Made by a program: the position numbers and the translations under genes. A DNA stretch of 64,000 nucleotides. It comes from a virus. The notes beneath the pieces were generated by a model, which was given only the letters and a program-made list of their open reading frames with translations, ran no database searches and had not been told where the DNA came from. Shown here in pieces: positions 1 through 9,965 of the stretch (its first letter is position 1; each line of letters opens with the position of its first letter). The stretch covers positions 108,440-172,439 of IMG/VR virus record IMGVR_UViG_3300044825_001821. One strand, given 5' to 3'.

Positions 1-3000
1 AAAAACTGGATTACTCAGAGATTCAACAACAAGAGAGTGGTTCTTATTTAAGAATTACACACCTGAAATTGGTACAAATAATAATATCAACATTAATGAT
101 TCTTCTTTTGAAGTTGATACACTCAGTGCCAATTTAAAATCAACTTATATTTTAATCAAAAATGTAGATATTCTACCAAGAACAAATATCATTTTTGATT
201 TAACAAATGCAGCATTTAGACACGCCAACTCTGGATTTGTACATTCAAACGCTGCATTTGTTCACGCCAATGCCGCATATCAAAGTCAAAATGCAACTGG
301 CAGTTATGCAAACACGGGATATGTACACGCCAACGCAGCATTTATTCATGCAAATTCATCATATGAATCTCAGAATGCAACAGGTACTTACGCCAATGCC
401 GCATTCTTGCAAGCAAACACACCTAGTTACACTGCTAATTCGGCAGCATTATATGCCAATGGTTCGTTTATTCAATCCAATGCGGCGTTTGATCATGCTA
501 ATGCAGCATATCAAAGTCAAAATACGACAGGTGTATATGCCAACGCAGCGTTTATACATGCCAATGCCGCATTTATAAAAACTAATGCATCATTTGATCA
601 TGCCAATTCTGCATATCAATCACAAAATGCAACAGGCACTTACGCAAACTCAGCATTTCTACATGCCAATGCTGGATTTATACACGCCAATAGTGCTTTT
701 GTTCATGCCAATGCAGCATTTGATCATTCAAATGCTGGATATAATCAAGCCAATACTGGAACAACATTAGCACAGGCGGCATTTGATAATTCAAACACCA
801 AGTTTAATTCTACTGGTGGAACGATTTCTGGTAATGTAACAGTTCAAAGTAATCTTACTGTTCTAGGTAATGTTACATTCGTAGGTAATGTCACATCGGT
901 ATTAGTTACTGGTAATAGTGGTCAATTCTTTGGCTACGCATCGAATGGTCACAACGCACTGTACGCAGGTATTCCAACTGGTTATGATTATCAGCCACAA
1001 ACAGTTTTCCAAGCATCTGCAAATTATGATGGTTACTCACAGATAAACATTCAGAATATCAATACTGGACCTGATGCATCCGGTGACTATGTTGCTACTG
1101 CTGATAATGGTAACGAAAATGATACTTACATTGACATGGGCATCGGCAGTAGTCAACATGCCGATCCTGACTTTACATTAGTTGGACCAAATGATGGTTA
1201 CTTGTATACACACGGCAACACCTCAACTGGTGGTGGTGATCTTGTAGTTGGTACATTCTTACCACAGAATGATGTAGTATTTGCAGCAGGTGGTATGAAT
1301 ATTGAAAATGAGCAGATGCGTATCATTGGCTCAAGCAACACTATTAATATTCGTGCAAATGTAGATATAAGTCTTTCAAAAAATGTTTTCTTAGGACCAG
1401 TTGTCAATGTTCACATTACTGGTGGAACTAATGATGATTACATCAGAACTGATGGTGCTGGTAACTTAACATTTGCAAATCTTACTTCTGCAAATGTAAT
1501 TAAAGTATTATACAATACATCTAATGCTTCATATATTCAAGCCAATGCAGCATTTGATCATGCTAACGCCTCATTTGCTGCTGCTAATAATGTATTCCCA
1601 CAAGTTCAGCCAGCATTCAACACCGCCAATTTAGCATTTGCACATTCCAATGCAGCATATAATCGTGCAAATAATTCTGTAGACGCAAACAATGGTGGCA
1701 CAATTACTGGTGATTTAACAATCACTAAAAATCTGTTTGTTGGTAATGTGTTTGTAGCTGGACAGACATTCAGTGTTAATGCTGGTACTTTAGTTTCAAA
1801 TGATTCTGTCATTATTTTAGCCGAAGGAAATTATTTCTCCGATTTAACTGATATTGGTTTTGCTGCACATTATAATGATGGTACAAACGCACACTCAGGT
1901 CTGATTCGTGACTCTGTAACAAAAGAGTGGTATCTATTCAAAGGATATACACCTGAGATTGGCACAAACAATAATATTGATATTAATGATGCATCGTTCA
2001 CAATTGATACTCTGAATGCAAATCTAAACTCAACATATGTTTTAGCAAAAGGTATTGATCTATTACCAAGAACAAATATTATTTTTGGTCTTACAAATTC
2101 TTCTTTTGCTCATGCAAATGCTGGATTTGATCATGCCAATGCAGCATTTATTTCGGCTAACAATGTATTTCCACAGGTTCAGCCAGCGTTCAATACGGCT
2201 AACTTAGCATTTGCACACTCAAATGCTGCATTCACACATGCAAATTCATCATATGAATCTCAGAATGCAACTGGCAGTTATGCTAACTCTGCATTTGCAC
2301 ACGCCAACGCAGCATTTATTTCGGCTAACAATGTATTCCCACAAGTTCAGCCAGCATTCAATACGGCCAATTTAGCGTTTGCTCATTCAAATTCTTCGTT
2401 TGATCATGCCAATGCTGCATTCTTGCAGGCAAACACACCTAGCTACACTGCAAACTCTGCAAGTGTTTATGCCAATGCTGCATTCTTACAGGCTAACACA
2501 CCTAGCTACACCGCAAACTCTTCGGCATTGTATGCCAATGCTGCGTTTATACATGCCAATTCGTCATATGAATCACAGAATGCTACTGGTAGTTATGCCA
2601 ACAGTGCTTTTGTACATGCCAATGCTGCGTTTAATTCTGCTAACAATGTATTCCCGCAAGTGCAACCGGCATTTAACACTGCTAATGCTGCATTTGATCA
2701 TGCGAACGCATCTTACATTCAAGCTAATGCCGCATTCATTCGTGCGAATAATTCATTAGATGCAAACAATGGTGGAACAATTACTGCAAATGTTGTAATT
2801 AATGCGAATCTACAAGCAGCTAATGTTACAACAAATGCGTACATTCAATTTGCGGATGGCACAAGACAGTTTACTGCAAATGCAAATCCAGCAAATGTTT
2901 CACTGAAAACATTTACAACAACATCAAATGGCACTACGCCAACGTTTGCATTAGGGTTTACTCCTGCTGGTTCGAATGCTGCTTTAGTTGTTTCAATTGG

Positions 3001-3547
3001 CGGTGTTATACAAACCGATGGTGTTGATTATTCAATACAACCAGGTAATTCATCAATTTCATTTGATGGCATCCCACCAGCGGGTGAAATTGTTAGAGTT
3101 ACATGTTTGGAAAATGTAGTTCTTTTACCAAATCCAAACGTTACTGTATCGGTGTATGAAACTACTGCAAATGGAAATGTTAGCACGTTTGCTTTACCGT
3201 TCTATCCAATTTCACGTGAAGCCTTAACTGTAACAATTGATGGCATTGTGCAACCAATTTCAATGTACACGGTTGATACTTCTGCTAACACAGTTACATT
3301 GGATGACACACCACTAAACGGTGAGTTGGTTCGTGTTGCAACTTTCTATACGGCAGTGAATCCATATGCGGTATTGCCGAACACAGTGACATTTGATGCA
3401 TTGGCTCCTGGTGTTAGAAGTTCAATTAATACATCATTTGCAGCAGCAAATTCGGCCGGCTCATATGCCAATTCGGCATTCAATAAAGCAAATACAGCAG
3501 CAACAACAGGAAAGGCAATTGCAATGTCGATTGTATTTGGAGGCTAA
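1..3547 (+). CDS. Long tail fibre / virion fibre protein, 5' truncated (frame is open from position 2; the ORF-track start at 407 is internal)
   Basis: Frame 2 reads KTGLLRDSTTREWFLFKNYTPEIG... without a stop into the 407 ORF; Ala/Asn heptad repeats, GGTISGNVTV beta motifs, C-terminal TGKAIAMSIVFGG. Confidence 0.75.
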   Translation, partial: KTGLLRDSTTREWFLFKNYTPEIGTNNNININDSSFEVDTLSANLKSTYILIKNVDILPRTNIIFDLTNAAFRHANSGFVHSNAAFVHANAAYQSQNATGSYANTGYVHANAAFIHANSSYESQNATGTYANAAFLQANTPSYTANSAALYANGSFIQSNAAFDHANAAYQSQNTTGVYANAAFIHANAAFIKTNASFDHANSAYQSQNATGTYANSAFLHANAGFIHANSAFVHANAAFDHSNAGYNQANTGTTLAQAAFDNSNTKFNSTGGTISGNVTVQSNLTVLGNVTFVGNVTSVLVTGNSGQFFGYASNGHNALYAGIPTGYDYQPQTVFQASANYDGYSQINIQNINTGPDASGDYVATADNGNENDTYIDMGIGSSQHADPDFTLVGPNDGYLYTHGNTSTGGGDLVVGTFLPQNDVVFAAGGMNIENEQMRIIGSSNTINIRANVDISLSKNVFLGPVVNVHITGGTNDDYIRTDGAGNLTFANLTSANVIKVLYNTSNASYIQANAAFDHANASFAAANNVFPQVQPAFNTANLAFAHSNAAYNRANNSVDANNGGTITGDLTITKNLFVGNVFVAGQTFSVNAGTLVSNDSVIILAEGNYFSDLTDIGFAAHYNDGTNAHSGLIRDSVTKEWYLFKGYTPEIGTNNNIDINDASFTIDTLNANLNSTYVLAKGIDLLPRTNIIFGLTNSSFAHANAGFDHANAAFISANNVFPQVQPAFNTANLAFAHSNAAFTHANSSYESQNATGSYANSAFAHANAAFISANNVFPQVQPAFNTANLAFAHSNSSFDHANAAFLQANTPSYTANSASVYANAAFLQANTPSYTANSSALYANAAFIHANSSYESQNATGSYANSAFVHANAAFNSANNVFPQVQPAFNTANAAFDHANASYIQANAAFIRANNSLDANNGGTITANVVINANLQAANVTTNAYIQFADGTRQFTANANPANVSLKTFTTTSNGTTPTFALGFTPAGSNAALVVSIGGVIQTDGVDYSIQPGNSSISFDGIPPAGEIVRVTCLENVVLLPNPNVTVSVYETTANGNVSTFALPFYPISREALTVTIDGIVQPISMYTVDTSANTVTLDDTPLNGELVRVATFYTAVNPYAVLPNTVTFDALAPGVRSSINTSFAAANSAGSYANSAFNKANTAATTGKAIAMSIVFGG
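200..790 (+). repeat. Degenerate 21-bp (heptad) coding repeats, AN[AS]A[FY]xH
   Basis: Recurrent catgccaatgc / gcatt motifs encoding HANAAF, HANSAY, YANSAF. Confidence 0.85.
2090..2760 (+). repeat. Heptad repeat block with repeated ANNVFPQVQPAFNTAN units and a 63-bp tandem duplication
   Basis: NNVFPQVQPAFNTAN at about 1585, 2158, 2326 and 2640; tgccaatgctgcattctt at 2407 and 2470 (ANAAFLQANTPSYTANS x2). Confidence 0.85.
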
Positions 3548-3550
3548 TTC

Positions 3551-3973
3551 ATGACACAGAAAATTACAAGTGGTAGAATAGCCAACAGTTCTATTACGGT
3601 AAACAGCTTCTCCACTAATTTTGGTGGCTATGCATATGACTTCGATGATATTTCTTATATCACCGATGGTGTGACGACTATCTTTCCTTTAACATATAAC
3701 ACATCGAATGTTTCTGTATCAAGTCCTTGGAATTTAATTATATCAATTAATGGTCTTTTACAGTCCGCTTTTGCAAATACGCAAGAAGTTCTTTGGATGA
3801 GTCACGTTAAAAACTCAGCAAAAGGATACACATTAAATGATGATGGTCGTGTTCTTTTTGCCGATCCGCCTCCAGCGGGTTCTGATGTTATGATTCGACT
3901 TGTGCCTGGGACACCAGCACAAAATACCAAGATTTATCCATTCAAAGCAACCGATATCTTCTTGGGTTACTAA
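3551..3973 (+). CDS. Virion structural/fibre-associated protein (DGVTTxF...INGLLQ...F..PP..G beta domain)
   Basis: Same domain type as the two C-terminal domains of the upstream fibre. Confidence 0.55.
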   Translation: MTQKITSGRIANSSITVNSFSTNFGGYAYDFDDISYITDGVTTIFPLTYNTSNVSVSSPWNLIISINGLLQSAFANTQEVLWMSHVKNSAKGYTLNDDGRVLFADPPPAGSDVMIRLVPGTPAQNTKIYPFKATDIFLGY

Positions 3974-3975
3974 TT

Positions 3976-3983
3976 ACTAAATA
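3976..3983 (+). promoter_or_regulatory. T4-type late promoter variant ACTAAATA
   Basis: Intergenic, upstream of a structural gene; the same variant precedes gp18. Confidence 0.6.
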
Positions 3984-4031
3984 GTAGAGATTTTAAAAAA
4001 ATAAACACCTTTCCCATATTTTGGAGTCAAA

Positions 4032-7000
4032 ATGGCTAGAAAAGTAATCGTAGACACATATTATTCGTTCACACCTTCGTCAAGAACGATTGTGTTTAAT
4101 GAGGTGATTCAACGTGAACGTTTTGTTCTGATTACAAACGTCACTACGAATCAGGTAATTTACAATTTTTCAGACCCAAATCTGAAATTAACTTCTCATT
4201 CGGTATCACAAAACGCAACAAGCGGTTCGGCGACAACCACAATTGTATTGCAATATAATACAGCAGCAATGTCATCTACCGACAAACTTCAAGTTGTGAT
4301 TGATGAATACGCCGAAAAGTTTGAGCCTGATGAACTCTATACTGATCCGGTAAATAAATTCCGTGTGTCTCAGCCACAGTCGATGATTGATACCGACTTT
4401 GAATATTCAACTCAAGCCACAAAATGGGAAACGTTATCTTTAGTAAATAACAGAGCCTTTGCTTATGCGAACGTAGCGGCAAACTCTGACGTTTCTATTG
4501 GTGGTCCAATCAATGTAACATCAATTACTGTAAACTCTAACTCAAGTTTTGTTACAGTATATACTGCAAACCCACCAGCTGTAAACACTCCTATTTTTGT
4601 GACTGATAGTGCATGGGGTCCCGCTGACGGTACATATGTTGTTGATGCTGTTTTTGGTACAACTGCATTTAGATACACAACAAAACAAAGATATCAAGCA
4701 ACACTAGGCGTAACTGCTGGTTTGAATATTAACATTCCGGGAGTAACACAAGTTGCTAATGGTTCTATCTTTACACGTTCAAATATTGCTTTATCAAATA
4801 TTAATTTTACTGGTGCATTTGCAAATGGTATCGTAAGAACAACTCAACCACATGGTATCTCAATTGGTAATGAGATCATTCTTCAGGGTACAACAGCAGC
4901 AACATCAGGTGCGCCTAATGGAGCATTTACTGTAACTGGCGTTTATTCTAATACAGAGTTTCGTATCGATGCTAATGTAGCACCAGTAAGTTCATCTGGT
5001 ATTGGTTCTGGTGGTTTTGCTAATCTATTCTCTTCAGGTCGTTCAACTGTAATTCATCGTGCTTATGATGGTGGTGTTGAGTTTAGCACCGCAGCAGAAG
5101 GACATAACAATCAATTGATTCGTCAGACACGCCGTTACTTCCGTTATCAATCTGGTAAGGGTATTCAAATGTCAACTGGCACTTTGATGAAGCCTTCAAT
5201 TCGTTTGGATAGTGTGACAAGTTCTGGTGCGGTTGTAACATTAAAAACAAAGGAACCCCACTTTGTAGATACAAACACATCAATTACAATTACCGGTTGT
5301 AATGAAACTGCATATAACGGAACGTTTAATGTCTTAGAAGTTTTAGACCCATACACTCTTCGTTATGTTGCTAACAGTACACCTTCTGCAACTCCAGCAA
5401 CTGGTTTGTATTTCTTGTCAGTTAATAACTGGTATGGTGCATCTAATCGTGTTGGCATGTTTGATGATCAAAATGGTATTTTCTTTGAGTATGATGGACA
5501 ACAACTATATGCAGTTCGTCGTTCTTCAACAAGACAATTATCAGGATTCATCAGCGCCAACACTGCCAATACACAAATTGATGGTGTTTCTGTGAATGGT
5601 GTAACAACCAAGTTCTCTTCTGAACTTGATGTTGGTGATTACATTGTAATCAAAGGTATGTCATATCGTGTTATTGAAATTAACTCTGATACCAGACTGC
5701 ATGTTTCACCAGCATATAGAGGTAACACACAAATTCTACAAGCTGTTGCTGCCAAAACAATTGACTTCAAGATTCCACAGTCTCAATGGAATTTAGATCG
5801 TTGTGATGGCACAGGTCCTTCAGGATTTAATCTTGATCTTCGTAAGATGCAGATGTTCTACCTAGATTACTCTTGGTATGGTGCAGGTTTCGTTCGTTGG
5901 GGCTTCAGAGCAACAGATGGTAATATTGTTTATTGTCATAAGATGGTAAACAATAATGTAAACTATGAAGCGTACATGCGTTCTGGTAACTTACCAGGCC
6001 GCTATGAAACAAATACATTTGCACCTAAAACAAAAGTTCAAGCGACGATTCAATCTGGAGACACTTCAATCAATGTGGCTAATGCTTCAGCATTTCCTAC
6101 TGTTGGAACGCTGTGGCTCACAAATGGCGCAGGTTTAAGTGAGTTTGTAAACTACAACGGTGTAACTAACAATTCACCTACAGGTTGGACATTTAATAAT
6201 CTTATTCGTGGACAACAAGGTAATAATATTAACTGTATCATGTCAACATCAAATTCAACATTGAATTTGGTTTCTGGACAGGCAACAACAGGAATTCAAA
6301 TTGGTATGTTTGTACAAAGCGCAAACATTCCACAAGTTGCTCAAGTTGTTAGTATTAATCCAAACGTTTCAGTACAACTTTCTCAAGCACCTGGTATCTC
6401 TGGAACAGGAGTTGTAACATTTATTCCTATGGGTAATGTTGCACAAACGTTTACATATAGTGCTACTTCACCAACATACGCTGAGTTACATGCGCCTGGA
6501 TATGCACCACGTATTGCACATTGGGGCACTTCAGTTATTATGGATGGTCGTTATGATGACGATAAATCATTTGTGTTTACTCAAGGTATGAGAGGTGGGT
6601 TATCTGTGCCTGCTGGTCAACGTATGGCACTACAGAGTTTCCGTGTTTCACCTTCAGTGAATAACGGTGTTCCTGGTTCCGCTTTAGGTGATCGTGAAGT
6701 TGTCAATCGTATGCAAATGGTTCTTCGACAACTTGATTTGTTATCAGGTGGTACTTTCTTGATTGAAGTTGTTCTAAATGGTTCTACAGCAAATGCTGCA
6801 CCAGTTTGGCAAAACGTTGGCGGTTCAAGTCTTGCTCAGTACGTCAATCATGCTGTAAACACAAGAATTGAAGGTGGTGAAGTTATTTACGGCTTCTTCA
6901 CCAACTCCGCTGGTGGTTCGACTAACTTGACTACAACATCCATGGATCTACCTCTGGTTCGTGATCTTGGTAATAGTATTCTTGGTGGAGGTACTAATGA

Positions 7001-7118
7001 TCCACGAAGTGGATTTTATCCAGACGGTCCTGATATTGTGACAATTGTTGCACGTAATGTTGGTACTGCGGCAGCATCAGTGTTCTCACGACTATCATGG
7101 ACAGAAGCACAAGCATAA
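4032..7118 (+). CDS. Large virion structural protein (tail/baseplate-associated, beta-rich, 1028 aa)
   Basis: Thr/Asn/Gly-rich multi-domain protein in the late tail cluster; GGAG RBS. Confidence 0.6.
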   Translation: MARKVIVDTYYSFTPSSRTIVFNEVIQRERFVLITNVTTNQVIYNFSDPNLKLTSHSVSQNATSGSATTTIVLQYNTAAMSSTDKLQVVIDEYAEKFEPDELYTDPVNKFRVSQPQSMIDTDFEYSTQATKWETLSLVNNRAFAYANVAANSDVSIGGPINVTSITVNSNSSFVTVYTANPPAVNTPIFVTDSAWGPADGTYVVDAVFGTTAFRYTTKQRYQATLGVTAGLNINIPGVTQVANGSIFTRSNIALSNINFTGAFANGIVRTTQPHGISIGNEIILQGTTAATSGAPNGAFTVTGVYSNTEFRIDANVAPVSSSGIGSGGFANLFSSGRSTVIHRAYDGGVEFSTAAEGHNNQLIRQTRRYFRYQSGKGIQMSTGTLMKPSIRLDSVTSSGAVVTLKTKEPHFVDTNTSITITGCNETAYNGTFNVLEVLDPYTLRYVANSTPSATPATGLYFLSVNNWYGASNRVGMFDDQNGIFFEYDGQQLYAVRRSSTRQLSGFISANTANTQIDGVSVNGVTTKFSSELDVGDYIVIKGMSYRVIEINSDTRLHVSPAYRGNTQILQAVAAKTIDFKIPQSQWNLDRCDGTGPSGFNLDLRKMQMFYLDYSWYGAGFVRWGFRATDGNIVYCHKMVNNNVNYEAYMRSGNLPGRYETNTFAPKTKVQATIQSGDTSINVANASAFPTVGTLWLTNGAGLSEFVNYNGVTNNSPTGWTFNNLIRGQQGNNINCIMSTSNSTLNLVSGQATTGIQIGMFVQSANIPQVAQVVSINPNVSVQLSQAPGISGTGVVTFIPMGNVAQTFTYSATSPTYAELHAPGYAPRIAHWGTSVIMDGRYDDDKSFVFTQGMRGGLSVPAGQRMALQSFRVSPSVNNGVPGSALGDREVVNRMQMVLRQLDLLSGGTFLIEVVLNGSTANAAPVWQNVGGSSLAQYVNHAVNTRIEGGEVIYGFFTNSAGGSTNLTTTSMDLPLVRDLGNSILGGGTNDPRSGFYPDGPDIVTIVARNVGTAAASVFSRLSWTEAQA

Positions 7119-7760
7119 ATGCAAACTGTTACTACATTACCAATACTGCAAACTGTCAGTGATGTCACACAACACTATATCAGTTTGCAGCCTGCAATAT
7201 CAGGAAGAACAGCGGCAGAGTACGTCAATCGTAATCTGTCGTTTAATCCCGCTTCAAATACATTAAATATTGCGGTCAATGTAAATTTTTTACCAAATTC
7301 AATTTCCGGTTTGGCAATAGCAGACTCAGGAATAATTTCTTCTAAAATTGCGCCTTTAACTAGATTAATTGAGCAAGCTAAAATTATTCCAGGTCAATTA
7401 AGTGGTAACATTAACATCGATGTTTTAGAATCTTCAGTATACTATTTGACGCAATATCCTACGGGAGCTTTAACTTTTAATCTTCGTGGTAATACAAATT
7501 ATACATTAGATAGACTTTTGAATCCTGGACAATCTGTGTCAACAGTTTTTATGATCACACAGAATGTTACTCAGCAAGTTGCAAACGTTTCTGTTGATGG
7601 TAATTTTCAAACAGCAAATATAAGATATGGTTCAAACACCAAACCAACTTCGACCAGTATTTCTAGAGAAGTCATAGATGTTTATTCTTTTGTTACAATG
7701 AAACTTGCAACCAATTCTTATATAATATTACAAACACAGTCATCTTATGGTGTGGGATAA
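7119..7760 (+). CDS. Putative fibre-associated structural protein
   Basis: Abuts its neighbours; C-terminal beta domain (NINIDV...IDVYSF) of a type seen on phage fibres. Confidence 0.5.
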   Translation: MQTVTTLPILQTVSDVTQHYISLQPAISGRTAAEYVNRNLSFNPASNTLNIAVNVNFLPNSISGLAIADSGIISSKIAPLTRLIEQAKIIPGQLSGNINIDVLESSVYYLTQYPTGALTFNLRGNTNYTLDRLLNPGQSVSTVFMITQNVTQQVANVSVDGNFQTANIRYGSNTKPTSTSISREVIDVYSFVTMKLATNSYIILQTQSSYGVG

Positions 7761-8110
7761 TGATACAGAAAGTTCGTTCGTCTTTAATAGAACCAACAAA
7801 TATTACAGGCAATCTGATTGCTCAAAATGCCGTTTCTGGTAACAATATTGTTTCTAACGCTATTCGTGGAAACAATATTGTGGCAAGCACAATCACTGGT
7901 AATTTAATCGCAACAAATCAAATCACTGGCAATCAAATTGCACAAAATCAAATCACCGGTAATTTAATTGCGGTAAATCAAATCACTGGTAACTTAATTG
8001 CGACAAATCAAATCACTGGCAATCTGATAGCAAACAACGCAATCAGTGGAAACAATATTGTTTCTCCTCCTGATATTTTTGATGATGCTTTCTTATTTGG
8101 TGGAATGTAA
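7760..8110 (+). CDS. Small repeat-rich virion protein with ITGNLIAxNQ decapeptides
   Basis: About 9 decapeptide repeats; hydrophobic C-terminus FLFGGM. Confidence 0.6.
   Translation: MIQKVRSSLIEPTNITGNLIAQNAVSGNNIVSNAIRGNNIVASTITGNLIATNQITGNQIAQNQITGNLIAVNQITGNLIATNQITGNLIANNAISGNNIVSPPDIFDDAFLFGGM
7801..8060 (+). repeat. 30-bp tandem coding repeat (aatcactggyaatytaatygcnacaaatca-like)
   Basis: aatcac(t/c)gg recurs at 7891, 7921, 7951, 7981 and 8011. Confidence 0.9.
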
Positions 8111-8112
8111 CC

Positions 8113-9063
8113 ATGTCAATAAACACAAGACAACAATTCAAAGATTACTGCCTACGCCGACTTGGCTGGCCAGTAATTGAAATCAACGTTGATGATGACC
8201 AAGTTGATGATCGCATTGATGATGCGCTAAACTTTTGGCGTGATTATCACTATGATGGAACAGAAAAACTGTTCATGAAACATCAAATCACTCAAGCAGA
8301 TATTGATCGTCAGTGGATTTACTGTCCTGATGCGGTACAATTTGTCACAGGCATTTTTTCATTTGACCAGTCAAACGCATCAATCAATATGTTTGACTTG
8401 CGTTATCAATTGCGTCTACACGATCTCTATGACTTCACATCGGTATCGTATGTGTCATACGAAATCACAATGCAGCATTTACGTACATTGAATCTGTTAT
8501 TCTCTGGCACACCACAGTTCAGATTCAATCGTCATCAGAACAAAGTGTTTCTTGATATTGATTGGACAAGGGATGTAGAACCTGGTGATTGGGTTATTAT
8601 TGAGTGTTATCGCACAGTTCGTCCAGAAACAGTTACACTAACTGGCACAGTATCAGGCACACCAGCATCAAATACAATCACAGGTTATGGCACTAAGTTT
8701 GATCAAGAGATTGTCCCTTATGATTTTATTACCATTGGTACAGAATCAAAGCAAGTCGGTAACATTGTGTCACCAACAAGTCTGGTATTGATCGGTCCAC
8801 CAACACTGACACATAATAACTCAGCAATTCAAATTGAAGGCACAACTGATGTGTGGAACGACCGTTTTCTAAAACAGTTAGCAACTGCAAAAATCAAACA
8901 GCAGTGGGGTAACAATCTTAAAAAGTTTGAAGGTATTCAAATGCCAGGTGGTGTTACACTCAACGGTCAAAAGATTTATGATGAAGCATCCGAAGAAATC
9001 AAAGAAATGGAAGAACAGATTTACATGATGGGTTCACTGCCGTCTGAAATCTTTACTGGCTAA
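8113..9063 (+). CDS. gp13: Neck protein gp13
   Basis: DYCLRRLGWPVIEINVDDDQ; C-terminal KQQWGNNLKKFEGIQMPGGVTLNG. Confidence 0.95.
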   Translation: MSINTRQQFKDYCLRRLGWPVIEINVDDDQVDDRIDDALNFWRDYHYDGTEKLFMKHQITQADIDRQWIYCPDAVQFVTGIFSFDQSNASINMFDLRYQLRLHDLYDFTSVSYVSYEITMQHLRTLNLLFSGTPQFRFNRHQNKVFLDIDWTRDVEPGDWVIIECYRTVRPETVTLTGTVSGTPASNTITGYGTKFDQEIVPYDFITIGTESKQVGNIVSPTSLVLIGPPTLTHNNSAIQIEGTTDVWNDRFLKQLATAKIKQQWGNNLKKFEGIQMPGGVTLNGQKIYDEASEEIKEMEEQIYMMGSLPSEIFTG

Positions 9064-9965
9064 TGGCAACTAATTTTTATTTTAATAATTTTCCAACAAG
9101 ACTTGCAGATGCTCCTGTAACACCGGAGCAACTGCTTGTTGAAGATTTGGTAATTGAAGCACTCAAGATTTATGGTCTTGATGTATATTATTTGCCACGT
9201 ACAACACGTGATCAAGTAGATTATTTGTTTGGTGAAGATACATTAAAAGAATATCGCACCGCACATGCTATTGAAATGTATTTGGAAAATGTAACTGGCT
9301 TTGATGGTGAGCAAGACTTTATATCTAAATTTGGTTTAGAAATTCGTGATGAAGTAACCATGTTAATTTCAAGACTAAGATTTAGATATACAGTTAATGG
9401 TTATACACGACCACGTGAAGGTGATTTGGTTTATATACCAATGACTACTAGTTTTTTTGAAATTACAAGTGTTGAAAATGAAAACGATCAAGCAATGTTT
9501 TATACATTAGGCCGTGGTCGTGGCGGTAATGTTTATGTTTATGCTTTAAAAATGAAACAGTTTTATTTTTCAAATGAAATTATTGAAACTGGTGTAAAAG
9601 ATATTGACAATAACATTCGTAATTACTATCCAAAACTACGTATTTCGTTAGGTTCAGGTTCAGGTAAGTTTGTAAATGATGAAATTGTTTATCAAGGTTC
9701 ATCATTATCTACCGCAACAGCACAAGCATTAGTATATGATTTTGAACCAAACGCATACATCGATGTGTATCGTATGCAAGGCGATTTTACTGCGTCGGCT
9801 AATGTAAAAGGCAACACAAGTTCGGCACAATGGACAGTGACACTTGCAACCGATGCACCAACACAAAACAATGCATTTGAAGATATCATTGACAACGCAC
9901 GTATCGAAGCAGCAAGTGATGGCATCATTGACTTTACGGAAGTCAATCCGTTTGGAGAACCGTAA
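9063..9965 (+). CDS. gp14: Neck protein gp14
   Basis: EDLVIEALKIYGLDVYYLPR, SKFGLEIRD, RPREGDLVY, DFTEVNPFG. Confidence 0.95.
   Translation: MATNFYFNNFPTRLADAPVTPEQLLVEDLVIEALKIYGLDVYYLPRTTRDQVDYLFGEDTLKEYRTAHAIEMYLENVTGFDGEQDFISKFGLEIRDEVTMLISRLRFRYTVNGYTRPREGDLVYIPMTTSFFEITSVENENDQAMFYTLGRGRGGNVYVYALKMKQFYFSNEIIETGVKDIDNNIRNYYPKLRISLGSGSGKFVNDEIVYQGSSLSTATAQALVYDFEPNAYIDVYRMQGDFTASANVKGNTSSAQWTVTLATDAPTQNNAFEDIIDNARIEAASDGIIDFTEVNPFGEP

Noticed and set aside
207-770. Met/His/Leu-rich alternative-frame ORFs 207-578 and 585-770 (also 2379-2759)
   Set aside because: Frame-shifted shadows of the catgccaatgc fibre repeats; no RBS, and fully inside a convincing gene.
1585-2760. Near-identical fibre repeats as a DGR template/variable pair
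   Set aside because: Differences are synonymous and not adenine-specific; no reverse transcriptase in the window.
7801-8060. 30-bp periodic repeat as a possible CRISPR array
   Set aside because: No unique spacers; variation is mainly at codon third positions, so it is a coding decapeptide repeat.
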